Shown here: positions 50,035-59,929 of the stretch, in pieces
Layout: each line of letters opens with the position of its first letter
How positions within the stretch are numbered: the stretch's first letter is position 1
Origin: Promethearchaeota archaeon
GTDB lineage: Archaea > Asgardarchaeota > Lokiarchaeia > Sigyniarchaeales > SOKP01
Direction: 5' to 3'
DNA: 64,000 nucleotides
Assembly (NCBI GenBank): GCA_016839765.1
Contig: JAEOTP010000068.1
Location: forward strand, 27,218 to 91,217
The notes under the pieces: model-generated
What the model was told of the DNA's origin: nothing
The model's input: the letters and a program-made list of their open reading frames with translations, nothing else
Database searches by the model: none
Made by a program: the position numbers and the translations under genes

Positions 50035-52227
50035 TTAGCTCCTTTGTTTACTTTTAAATTTAGAATATAATGCCTTATCTAACAATTTGCCTATTCTTTG
50101 GGCAATTTGTTTACCAATTTCATATCTTTCACCATCAAGTAAATTTCTCATTGCTTCTGGGGTAGGATTGTTCCCTAATCTTCTAAACAAAACTTTTTCT
50201 GTTATTTCATTTACCATATCTTTAATTTTTCCATAATCAGGTAAATTAATATTGGGATTAAAGCTTTTGATTTTCTCTATTGCAAATTGAAAAAATTGAC
50301 TAAATAACTCGATTGGATCACCTTTTAATTCACTATGAAGTTTAATATTATCAGTAGCTATTTTTGTATCTTTTTCTTGCCAATACAACTGATTTGGATT
50401 GATACCTGGACTATTTATTCTCATAAGTGAACTTGTAATTCGGCGTTCAATCCAATTTAATGTACTAACTTCCTGTTTTTCACGTATTTCCTTCTTTTTT
50501 TCTATTTTTTCTTTTTCTTTAGATTCTATAATTTGTTCTACTTTCGATTTACGTTGTTCTTCAAGGTCTTCAAACCTTTTAATTATATCATATCCTATAC
50601 AGTAAGAAATTGGTGAGATTAGATCTGATTTTAACTTTAATGACGATATCCCGGTATATACGTGACTATTCTTCTCTTTTAATTCTAAAATTCCCTCTTT
50701 TAAAGGAATACCCATCAATCGTGCCAATATAAAACCATTAATTAAAAATGGTTGATTATCCGCATTAAATACTATAACTAACTCTTCTTGTCTCTTATTT
50801 AATTTTTCTATTATTAATTCCTCTAACTTAACCCTAACCCATTCTTCAGAATCAGTAGTTCCAAATATTTTTCTTAAAGCTAAAAGAAATAATGTTTTAT
50901 CATTTGAAATTTTAAGATATAGCTCAATAATCCGACTAAGTTGTCTTAGTATTTTTGATAACATATAAAAAAATATGTCTTTCACTAATTTGTCCATGAT
51001 ATCTTCAAAATCTAACACAAATAAGATATGAGCATAATTTTTTAATCCTAATTCTTTTAAAAAGACCTTCTCAATAACTTGCTTTTTTCTTAGATCATTT
51101 GGATCTATAAGATCATGTTTTGTTATATTATATCTGACCATATTTCTCCTTACTTCTTCAGTAATGGACTCGTCTATATCCATGAGATATAAGATATTGT
51201 AGACTCCATATCTATTTAACATAAAGATTAAATCATTGAAACTACATTCATTTAGGCTCTGTAGAAAATAAATGAAATCATTTGGATTAATTTTCAGTTG
51301 TTTAAATAACTCAGATTTTAAGAAGCTCAAAATATTTTGTTCAAATTGGTCATAATTAATTTTTTCTTTTAGAGCATTTTCTATTCTCTTTAACAGTTCT
51401 TTTTTAAGGTTGTTTGTTTCTTTAAAGATTTTTAGTCCGGGAATGGAAATTGGGAACCGATCAAAGTTATAATCAAAAATTCTTCGTTTTATCATTCTAA
51501 CTGGCATTGCCTGTACCTGCAATTCCTTATATGATTTGAATTCGAAGTCTTTTCGGATTTTGTCAATCATTCGACTTAAGGTTGCTAATTCGATAAACTT
51601 ATCTTCTTTCTCTTCTCGTTCTAATTTTTTTTCAATTTCTAGTGATAAATCTTTAAAAGCAGAACTTTCCTCTAGGATTTGTAATTTAGTTTCGTCAGTT
51701 AATCCTATCAAATCGCCGATTAAATCATAAAAATAAAAAGGTGGGTAATTTAATATAATTTCTAATAATTCTTGTTCAACTTTTTGTTCAATTTCATTCA
51801 ATATTTGCTTCTTTTGAAACTCTGGAAGTGTAGATTCTCTTTCTTCAATTAGATATGATATAAATCTATTCTCTAAATCAAATATCTTATTAAGAACCCC
51901 AATTTCTAATATGAATGAATCTTTTAATAATGTATCAACTTCTTCTATTAAAATCTTTTTTTCAATGTGCTCTAAATTTTTAGTTGACTCAAAGGAAAAT
52001 TTATCTTGCTCTAAGGTTTCTTTAACTCTAATACCTAAGCTGTGATAAATATGAATTACAGCTGTAGCAATTAAAAGATCTTTGAAAGTGGTTTTTTGAC
52101 TTGTTAATTCAAATATTTTTTGCTTATCTGCATCTCTCTTAAAATGGGAAATAATTAAATCTACAGTTTGAAAAAATCTAAATGTACTTTCAACCGCGGT
52201 TGTCTTTCTTTTTATCCCACTAATCAT
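50035..52227 (-). CDS. 730-aa helical protein (copy B of the 799-aa protein)
   Basis: MISGIKRKTTA start; ATGA overlap conserved. Confidence 0.9.
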   Translation of the reverse strand: MISGIKRKTTAVESTFRFFQTVDLIISHFKRDADKQKIFELTSQKTTFKDLLIATAVIHIYHSLGIRVKETLEQDKFSFESTKNLEHIEKKILIEEVDTLLKDSFILEIGVLNKIFDLENRFISYLIEERESTLPEFQKKQILNEIEQKVEQELLEIILNYPPFYFYDLIGDLIGLTDETKLQILEESSAFKDLSLEIEKKLEREEKEDKFIELATLSRMIDKIRKDFEFKSYKELQVQAMPVRMIKRRIFDYNFDRFPISIPGLKIFKETNNLKKELLKRIENALKEKINYDQFEQNILSFLKSELFKQLKINPNDFIYFLQSLNECSFNDLIFMLNRYGVYNILYLMDIDESITEEVRRNMVRYNITKHDLIDPNDLRKKQVIEKVFLKELGLKNYAHILFVLDFEDIMDKLVKDIFFYMLSKILRQLSRIIELYLKISNDKTLFLLALRKIFGTTDSEEWVRVKLEELIIEKLNKRQEELVIVFNADNQPFLINGFILARLMGIPLKEGILELKEKNSHVYTGISSLKLKSDLISPISYCIGYDIIKRFEDLEEQRKSKVEQIIESKEKEKIEKKKEIREKQEVSTLNWIERRITSSLMRINSPGINPNQLYWQEKDTKIATDNIKLHSELKGDPIELFSQFFQFAIEKIKSFNPNINLPDYGKIKDMVNEITEKVLFRRLGNNPTPEAMRNLLDGERYEIGKQIAQRIGKLLDKALYSKFKSKQRS

Positions 52228-54530
52228 AGTTCCTTTAACCACTCCCTATAAACTTCTTTAAAATTATCTGCTAATTCAAATCTAGAATTAGTATGCCAAA
52301 ACTTAAAGCTTAATACATGAAAAAGATCTCCCCCAAACAATTCTTTCTCTTCGCTTGTTAAATTGTGTTTTAAAATTAGAGTTAATGGTCTAGGGATCAA
52401 TTTTGAAAAATATTTTAACTCCAACTCTTTAATATAATCATAAAAGTGGTCCTCACCACTTATATTAAAAAAGTTGATAGGAACTTGCTCTTCAAATTGA
52501 GGACTAAGTATACTTACTTCTTGTTTAATTTTATTACTAACATACTTCGGAAATTCAGTACTAATATTTATGCTTAAATCATATTGCTTATAAAAATCAA
52601 TTAATAACTTCTTTTCCTCAATATTTGATATACGCGCTATATACGTATCTAAAAATTTTAAAAAATGCTCAAGCTTTTGCTCATTTGATTCTCTTTCTTC
52701 AAAATAGCTAATAAAATCATTATATATCTCATTCAAAGTCCAATCTTTTCTTTCTTCTACGTTAAAGAATTTTTTGGTATAATCATTTATCCATTCTAAA
52801 ATATAAGATTTCCAGGTTAGATTAATTCCTCCAATTCGTTTTTCTAAAAACCGATGAAATCTAGTGGCAAATGTAACTGGATCGGCTATCTCTTTATCAG
52901 GTTCCTCTTTTATATACCTATTAATTGTTGTATATCTAAGAATATAGCTTAATAGATAAGATAACTCACTCGAAAAAGTCTTAAATTTCTCTATATGCTC
53001 TTTTATAATATTAATATCTTTATCCATTTGTATTTCCGCAAAAGATACTAAATCTCCCATATCTAGTTTTATGTTGTTGAAAAATGGTTCAATATTTGTA
53101 TTAATTAATCTTCTAAACTCTTTTATTATAATTTCTTCATTAAATTTAAGAAACTCCGATAAAACCATTGGATTATCTTCAATTTGGTTAAAAATATGAT
53201 CTTTAAACTTTTCTATCAATTTGTGACCAAGGGTTTTCGCTGGTTTTTGTTCGCTTTCGAATTTTTGCTTTAAATTTTTTGTTAAATCAATAATTAAGGA
53301 TTTTAACCTCCTACGTGAAAGATATTTTGGAAGAGATACCTTTACCAAATTAAGACTACTTTTAATAATTTCTGAAAAATAATTAAAAATAGAGCTTAAA
53401 TCTATCGCTCTTAAGTTTGTTTTTGTAATTGCTGATTGATCAATTGATTTAATTGCTAAATTACAAATACCTTCAAAATCTTCATTTTCAAATTTAGCTT
53501 TATTTACAATAAAGTGCTTATATTTTTTTAATAATTCAGGTAAATCTCCAATTTCTCCAGTTGTAAGAAAAGAGTTAGAATATTCAATGAATTTATTTAG
53601 GTATCTTTCTAAATCGATTAAAATTCTATTAATAAAGGAAATTAACGATTTTGCTGTGCAAGGATCTTTTAAGTTATGTGTTTTTTGCTTAATATAGTTA
53701 ATAATAAACGAGACTACTCTATCTTGAGATTCATCAATTGTACCTGTATTTGCTAAATTAATTAAATTTGCTCCTAACTTTAATGTTTTATCCACAATAA
53801 AATTAGCACTAGGCTCTGATATAGAATATTTTATATGTTCTATGGATTGTTGCCCCTCAAAAGGGCTTATCAATCTCTCGAAAGTTGAATTGAAAAGGTT
53901 AATCTCATATGGTCGCTTGTGTAATAATATATCTACATCTGATTTGACTCTTGCATAAGTATTTAACATTTCTTTTTCTGTTGGAAGCGAAGCACTTACA
54001 CCAATTAACTTTTTATTCCATTTATCTTCAATTAATTCTCCAAAGAGTTTTTTGCTAAATCTAGTAGCAAATCTCTTATATACTTGTAGTTTATCTTCAC
54101 TTTTTAATTCAGGTCGATCTGTAAATTCTTCTACTTCAAAAAATAACCTACTTATATTGTTTATAGCTTCACGGGATTTATGGGCATCCAAATATCCTGT
54201 TTCAGGTTTTAATGCAAGCAATAAACTCTCACAGTCTTTATATTTGCCGGGTACGAAAATCATTGATTTTGGGAAAATATTTACTCGAGCACTTTTTTCA
54301 TCGAGGTTATATAACTCAAATTCGATACTAAAGACTTCTGAACCAGTATAATCTCTTAAAATTGCATTATACATCCTTAAATATTCTATTACACCTTGTG
54401 AAAGTTCATTCACTCTTTCTCTAGTTAATTTTCCAGGACCAATTACATCTCCAACAATGAGATCATTTGGAGAAGAATAACCAAATATAAGTGAAAATTG
54501 ATAATTAATTGATTCTCGTGTAGTTATCAT
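52224..54530 (-). CDS. 768-aa helical protein (copy B)
   Basis: Same length and near-identical termini as 45072-47378. Confidence 0.9.
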   Translation of the reverse strand: MITTRESINYQFSLIFGYSSPNDLIVGDVIGPGKLTRERVNELSQGVIEYLRMYNAILRDYTGSEVFSIEFELYNLDEKSARVNIFPKSMIFVPGKYKDCESLLLALKPETGYLDAHKSREAINNISRLFFEVEEFTDRPELKSEDKLQVYKRFATRFSKKLFGELIEDKWNKKLIGVSASLPTEKEMLNTYARVKSDVDILLHKRPYEINLFNSTFERLISPFEGQQSIEHIKYSISEPSANFIVDKTLKLGANLINLANTGTIDESQDRVVSFIINYIKQKTHNLKDPCTAKSLISFINRILIDLERYLNKFIEYSNSFLTTGEIGDLPELLKKYKHFIVNKAKFENEDFEGICNLAIKSIDQSAITKTNLRAIDLSSIFNYFSEIIKSSLNLVKVSLPKYLSRRRLKSLIIDLTKNLKQKFESEQKPAKTLGHKLIEKFKDHIFNQIEDNPMVLSEFLKFNEEIIIKEFRRLINTNIEPFFNNIKLDMGDLVSFAEIQMDKDINIIKEHIEKFKTFSSELSYLLSYILRYTTINRYIKEEPDKEIADPVTFATRFHRFLEKRIGGINLTWKSYILEWINDYTKKFFNVEERKDWTLNEIYNDFISYFEERESNEQKLEHFLKFLDTYIARISNIEEKKLLIDFYKQYDLSINISTEFPKYVSNKIKQEVSILSPQFEEQVPINFFNISGEDHFYDYIKELELKYFSKLIPRPLTLILKHNLTSEEKELFGGDLFHVLSFKFWHTNSRFELADNFKEVYREWLKEL

Positions 54531-54733
54531 GACTCAAAATAAATAAAAATCTTATTTCTTTAATCATTAAATCATAACTATTATAATTCTTACTGAAATT
54601 GCGAAAAAATTTAGGAATTATTTTTAATATTTTTAAGTTTATATAATATTAAAATTTACTTTTGAATAGTAAATAAATTAATTTCATAAAAATTTATATT
54701 TAAAATTCTAATATAGTAGATAGATGGAAAAAA

Positions 54734-55405
54734 TTGTCGGAGATCCTTCTTAATCAACTCATAGAGAAATTGGACGAGGTACTCTTAGGAAGAAGAGATA
54801 TTATATCTGAGATTGAAAAACTAAAGGATGCAATAGAAAAGATTCAGAGTGAGAAAAAAGACAATACAGGAATTCAAATCACGAATACTGTAAATGAAAT
54901 AAAAGTTTTTATGTCAAAGTCCACCAATGTTTTATCTGAACTTAATAATAATATGAGAAATTTACAAAATTTAATAATTTCCCTCAATAATGTTTTTGAT
55001 ACAATTTTAAGTACAATAAATATCCCCGAATCGTTTACGGCTAGTGAAATTTCAACAAAACCTCAAAAAATTGGAACTTCAACTAGATATGAAAACAATT
55101 TATCTGCTCCTATAAGATCTCCAAGTGAATCAATATCACCAAGTGCTCCTGAAAAATCATTAGATATTTTAGGAGATTCAGACTTTAAGTTAATTATTTC
55201 TATAGCTAAATCCAATAATCCGGCAGTTGAAATAGCGATAATGCTTGAAAAAATAAGAGCAAAATTAGAAAACGAGAATCCCTTAAACCCTATCTTGTTT
55301 GAATTAAGCATGGAATCAAGGCGACTAAAATCTTTAGGAAATATACCACTTGACGCATATAATCTGCAAATTCTAATAGAGAAATTACAAAAATGGATTG
55401 GATAG
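54734..55405 (+). CDS. Coiled-coil protein with S/P-rich linker, right arm only
   Basis: 223-aa ORF with heptad N-terminal half. Confidence 0.7.
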   Translation: MSEILLNQLIEKLDEVLLGRRDIISEIEKLKDAIEKIQSEKKDNTGIQITNTVNEIKVFMSKSTNVLSELNNNMRNLQNLIISLNNVFDTILSTINIPESFTASEISTKPQKIGTSTRYENNLSAPIRSPSESISPSAPEKSLDILGDSDFKLIISIAKSNNPAVEIAIMLEKIRAKLENENPLNPILFELSMESRRLKSLGNIPLDAYNLQILIEKLQKWIG

Positions 55406-55537
55406 CAATTGAAAATTATGGAATTTTATTTGAATTAAATTTTATCTTAACGAAAATAAATAAATAAATGGATTTTAATTAATTTAATATAAGTATAATC
55501 TAAAATTTTATATAAATTATCTAAAAGGTGTAGGCTT

Positions 55538-55942
55538 ATACAATTTGGATCTGATTTAGGTATTAACCATGAAGATATAGAAAAAATAAGTCCGCAAATC
55601 ACATTTATAACATCTAATGCAGATATAGAAGCAATTGCACTTGTAAGCGTAGAGGGTTATCAAATAGCTTTCTCTGCTTTGCCCCAGTACCAAGTAGATG
55701 GTGATCAATTTTGTGGACTTGCTAGTGCTTTATTAATGACTGGAAGATCAACAATTCAAACATTATTTCAAGAAGATATAACTGAAATAATTGTAAGGGC
55801 TGAGAATGGATATATAGTTGTTACAAATGCAGGACGCTTAGTTATTGTATGTGCTGGGACAATTATTGATACTCTAATGAAAACGGTGAAAGTTATGCGA
55901 ATAGCAGCAAAGAATCTCTATAAAATTTTCGAAGGACGCTAA
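55538..55942 (+). CDS. Roadblock/LC7 domain protein (copy B), ATA start
   Basis: IQFGSDLG...; 120/134 identical to copy A; no ATG/GTG/TTG in frame between TAA 55496 and the conserved N-terminus. Confidence 0.88.
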   Translation: MQFGSDLGINHEDIEKISPQITFITSNADIEAIALVSVEGYQIAFSALPQYQVDGDQFCGLASALLMTGRSTIQTLFQEDITEIIVRAENGYIVVTNAGRLVIVCAGTIIDTLMKTVKVMRIAAKNLYKIFEGR

Positions 55943-56112
55943 ATTATAAATTTTTCTTATTTTAAATCTTCACAGTTCTGTGTATTTAGTTGGGCATGAA
56001 AGTATTTTATTGTCTTAATTTTATAGAAAGTACTTTTTAGATCAATTAACTTTTTATTTAATAATAAATAGTTAAATCAATAATTTTTATTATGATAATA
56101 TGGTTTAATTTT

Positions 56113-56163
56113 ATGGCAACTGGAAATTATTATTTTTGGCAGTGGCCTTGGTCTTGGTTGTAA
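56113..56163 (+). CDS. Trp-rich leader peptide MATGNYYFWQWPWSWL (alternative ATG at 56092)
   Basis: Hand translation; 4 TGG codons; stop 148 nt upstream of trpB2. Confidence 0.85.
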   Translation: MATGNYYFWQWPWSWL

Positions 56164-56251
56164 GACCCATTATATTGCCTTAAACCATACCTTACTTTCT
56201 CTCTTTTCTTAATTTTCGTTTTTCTAAATTATCGAATACTCTATTTAAATG

Positions 56252-56279
56252 TGCATTAATTATTTTGATTTCCAATTTA
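56252..56279 (+). promoter_or_regulatory. Conserved 28-nt element in the trpB2 leader (copy B)
   Basis: TGCATTAATTATTTTGATTTCCAATTTA matches copy A. Confidence 0.6.
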
Positions 56280-56311
56280 GTAATGAGACACAAAAAATAA
56301 GTTGATAAAAA

Positions 56312-57727
56312 ATGATAGTAAAGAAGGTAAAGTATTATAATTCAAGAATTATATTACAACCAAATGAAATACCAAAGCAATGGGTAAATATTTTACCAGA
56401 TTTACCCTCTCCCATGACGCCCTTAGTAAATCCTATGGATGGCAAACCCGCGCCACCAGAACTAGCATTAGCGATATTTCCAAAAGAATGCGTTATGCAA
56501 GAAATATCTCAAGAACCAACAATTCCTATCCCTAAGGATTTAAGGGAAATTTTCGCAAGAACTTATAGACCAAGTCCTCTACATCGCGCATTAGGATTAG
56601 AGAAAGAATTGGGAATAGAAGGTGATAATATAAAGATATTTTATAAAAATGAATCTGTTTCACCTACAGGTTCCCATAAACCAAATACAGCAATAACTCA
56701 AGCTTATTATGCAAAAAAGGATGGACTTGAAGAATTGGTCACGGAAACAGGAGCAGGACAATGGGGTTCAGGACTTTCTTATGGATGTAATTTGTTTGGA
56801 ATAAAATGTACTGTATATATGGTAAGAGTGAGTTTTTTACAAAAACCGGGAAGAAAAATTTTAATGAAGGCTTTTAATGCAGAAGTTCATCCAAGTCCTT
56901 CGAGATATACAGAATCAGGCAAAAAATTCTTAGAAAAAGATCCAGAACACCCCGGTAGTTTAGGAATAGCCATCTCTGAAGCATTAGAACATAGCTTAAG
57001 GAGTGATAAAATTAGATACTCTCTTGGAAGTGTTGTAAATTTTGTTCTTTTACATCAGACAATTGTAGGACAAGAAACTAAAATCCAACTAGCAAAAGTT
57101 GGTGTTGATAAACCTGATATAATAATAGGTTGTATGGGAGGTGGTTCTAACTTTGCTGGCTTTATGATCCCTTTTGCAAGAGATAAAATACATGGAGTTC
57201 TTCCAGATGTAGAAATTATTGGAGTTGAGCCACGAGCTTGTCCTAGTGTTTGTAAAGGTAAATATGGATGGGATTTTGGAGATACTTCTATGAAGGGTCC
57301 TATTATAAAAATGCATACTTTAGGTCATACATTTGTTCCAAGTCCTATTCATGCAGGGGGATTAAGATATCATGGGATGGCACCTATAGTTTCAATCTTA
57401 TATAATAATAGAGTTATATCTGCGTCTATGCATCATCAAACTGAAGTCATTAAATCCGGTCTTTTATTTGCAAGGGCTGAAGGAATACTTCCTGCCCCTG
57501 AAACAGCACATGCCGTAAAAGAAGCAATAGATCAAGCATTAAAAGCCAAAGACAATAAGGAAAAGAAAACAATCGTCTTTAACTTTAGTGGTCATGGCTT
57601 TTTTGATTTATTAGCTTATAAATTGTATATGACCGGTGATTTGGAAGATTATGAATTACCGACTGAAAAAATCCAAAAAGCATTATCATCAGAAGAAATG
57701 CCAAAAATTGATGAATCTCAATTTTAA
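56312..57727 (+). CDS. trpB2: TrpB2 PLP enzyme (copy B)
   Basis: Same motifs as copy A. Confidence 0.97.
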   Translation: MIVKKVKYYNSRIILQPNEIPKQWVNILPDLPSPMTPLVNPMDGKPAPPELALAIFPKECVMQEISQEPTIPIPKDLREIFARTYRPSPLHRALGLEKELGIEGDNIKIFYKNESVSPTGSHKPNTAITQAYYAKKDGLEELVTETGAGQWGSGLSYGCNLFGIKCTVYMVRVSFLQKPGRKILMKAFNAEVHPSPSRYTESGKKFLEKDPEHPGSLGIAISEALEHSLRSDKIRYSLGSVVNFVLLHQTIVGQETKIQLAKVGVDKPDIIIGCMGGGSNFAGFMIPFARDKIHGVLPDVEIIGVEPRACPSVCKGKYGWDFGDTSMKGPIIKMHTLGHTFVPSPIHAGGLRYHGMAPIVSILYNNRVISASMHHQTEVIKSGLLFARAEGILPAPETAHAVKEAIDQALKAKDNKEKKTIVFNFSGHGFFDLLAYKLYMTGDLEDYELPTEKIQKALSSEEMPKIDESQF

Positions 57728-57837
57728 ATAATAATTTTAAATAATTTTTTTTCCTAAATAATCTAATTTTACTTTTAAAGAAAATCTTAAAAATGAAAGA
57801 ATCCTTAAAATATTCAAATTTAAGAGATTGGTAATTT

Positions 57838-58833
57838 TTGAATGTCCTTTCCATAATAATTTTAAGCTTTTTCTATTTATACAGCCTAATTCTATTATAT
57901 ATAGCCTTTTTAGCAAAAAGCAAGGGAGAACGAGGAGCATTTATTAATAATTTGGTAAATGCTTTAGTTTTAATTATATCACTTACTATAAATTTGGGAA
58001 TTCATTTTTTTTTAAAAACTCCTTATAATGAATTTATTGTTTTTCCCTTTGATCTGTTGATGATAAGCTTTATTGGAATATTCTTTCCAATATTTTCGCT
58101 ATTTATTTTGCGAGAGAAAAAAAAAATTAAAAACCGGAAAGAGATAGATACCAAACACTTTAAACAATTACCTTTAAAATATGATATTTACAGAAAGTTA
58201 ACCCATTTAGTTGTTTTAGGAATAATTTTTTCGTATTTTACACTTGGGTTTAATATAAATGGAGATAAAATGTTTTTTTCTCAAAATTTAGTTATTTTCT
58301 TGGTAGGAATCTCTTTAATTGGATTATTAACAGCTGAATTTATTAGAATATTAAACCCTGAAATTTACCCTCTTAAACAGGTTAATCAAATATTACGAGA
58401 AAAGGAGTTGCATATGAGATTTGGGCCTCATATTTCTATGAGTATTGGATGTTTTTCAATAATTCTTTTATTTGGGTTAATTCAACCAATAGGTCCAGTA
58501 GTAATCTGCACCACTATGACAATGGCAATTTTTGGAGATATAGCATCAAATTTAATTGGTAGAATAATAGGAAAAACTATAATTCGCAATACAGATAAAA
58601 CGTATGAAGGTTTATTCGCGGGGATGGTAATATCATTTTCTTCGGGTATTATAATACTAATATTGTTGAGGAGCTTTTATGATCCAAGCATTTTAGGTTT
58701 TTTTTTAATTCCAATATTAGGTGCATTGATTATTGGGGGAATTGACTACTTAGATTTAGAAATTGATGATAATTTAACCTTTAATTTTATTTTATCAACA
58801 ATTTTATTTTTTATTTCATTTTTTGTTTTATAA
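57838..58833 (+). CDS. CTP-dependent polyprenol/DAG kinase family (copy B)
   Basis: RKLTHL, FGD, KTYEG, DDNL. Confidence 0.85.
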   Translation: MNVLSIIILSFFYLYSLILLYIAFLAKSKGERGAFINNLVNALVLIISLTINLGIHFFLKTPYNEFIVFPFDLLMISFIGIFFPIFSLFILREKKKIKNRKEIDTKHFKQLPLKYDIYRKLTHLVVLGIIFSYFTLGFNINGDKMFFSQNLVIFLVGISLIGLLTAEFIRILNPEIYPLKQVNQILREKELHMRFGPHISMSIGCFSIILLFGLIQPIGPVVICTTMTMAIFGDIASNLIGRIIGKTIIRNTDKTYEGLFAGMVISFSSGIIILILLRSFYDPSILGFFLIPILGALIIGGIDYLDLEIDDNLTFNFILSTILFFISFFVL

Positions 58834-58891
58834 GAGAAATTTAAGTTAATAAGAATTTACCATAAGTTTTTCAATAAGAATATTTTAATTA

Positions 58892-59401
58892 ATGAAAATG
58901 TTAGAAGAAAAATTAAAAATTGACAAAATCTCTAAAGGAACGGTAATTGATCATATTGATGCTGGTTATGCTCTAACCATACTTAATCTTACTGGATTAG
59001 ATGAATCTAAGAATTTAATGACTATAGGTGTTAATGTTTCTTCTAAAAAATACCAAACAAAAGATATTATTAAAATTGAAAATGTATTTCTAAACGAAAC
59101 TCAAATGCAACAAATTTCAATTCTCTCACCCAATGCAACTATTTCATTAATAGAAAATTATAAGGTAATTGAGAAGAAAAAAGTTAAAATTCCAAAAACA
59201 ATTAAAAAATTGATTATGTGTGTTAATCAAACATGTATTTCCAATTCAGGTGAGCCAATTGATACAGAATTTTACGTTTTAGAAGAAAAACCTTTAAAAA
59301 TTCAGTGTATATATTGTGAGCGAATATACAAACTCGAAGAAATTGTATTTACTTCTAAAGAAAAGAAAGAAAAGCAGGTAAAGCAAAGGATTCAATTGTA
59401 A
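58892..59401 (+). CDS. pyrI: Aspartate carbamoyltransferase regulatory chain (copy B)
   Basis: About 85% identical to copy A by hand count. Confidence 0.97.
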   Translation: MKMLEEKLKIDKISKGTVIDHIDAGYALTILNLTGLDESKNLMTIGVNVSSKKYQTKDIIKIENVFLNETQMQQISILSPNATISLIENYKVIEKKKVKIPKTIKKLIMCVNQTCISNSGEPIDTEFYVLEEKPLKIQCIYCERIYKLEEIVFTSKEKKEKQVKQRIQL

Positions 59402-59418
59402 TAAATCCTTAAATCCAC

Positions 59419-59859
59419 CTATAAAAATAATTCAAGGATTGATGAAAAATCAGGAATAAACTTAAGTGTTGTATGAATAACTACCCCAACTATCATAAAT
59501 AAAAAGAAAAATATGCCTATTCCAGGCATTAAAATATTTTTCCAAGTCCATTCTTCCTTATCGTATTTAAATTTTAATATAATGAAGCTAACAATAAAAG
59601 GAAATAAAAGCCACCAAAATAGCATCCAAAAAAATAAAAACCATCCTATGAATCCAAATAATAATCTTCCTATTAATGCACTTAAAGCACCTGTTGCTGC
59701 TCTTATCCAATATAATTTTGTTTCCTTTTCAAGTCGAAGATCAAAAGGTTTTGTAGTTGTTTTCTTTGGAATAACATCTTGTTTAGGTAATTCTTTCCTC
59801 TTCTCTTTTATTAATTTCTTCCTTCTCTTTCTAATATCGACTTTTTTATGTTTAGCCAT
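59419..59859 (-). CDS. EMC6-like 3-TM protein (copy B)
   Basis: DLRLEKETKLYWIRA; start set by alignment with copy A. Confidence 0.6.
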   Translation of the reverse strand: MAKHKKVDIRKRRKKLIKEKRKELPKQDVIPKKTTTKPFDLRLEKETKLYWIRAATGALSALIGRLLFGFIGWFLFFWMLFWWLLFPFIVSFIILKFKYDKEEWTWKNILMPGIGIFFFLFMIVGVVIHTTLKFIPDFSSILELFL

Positions 59860-59929
59860 GTTATTAATATAAATAATTATTATTATAAAAATCATTATAT
59901 ATAATGATAAACAAAAGTACAGACAGAAA

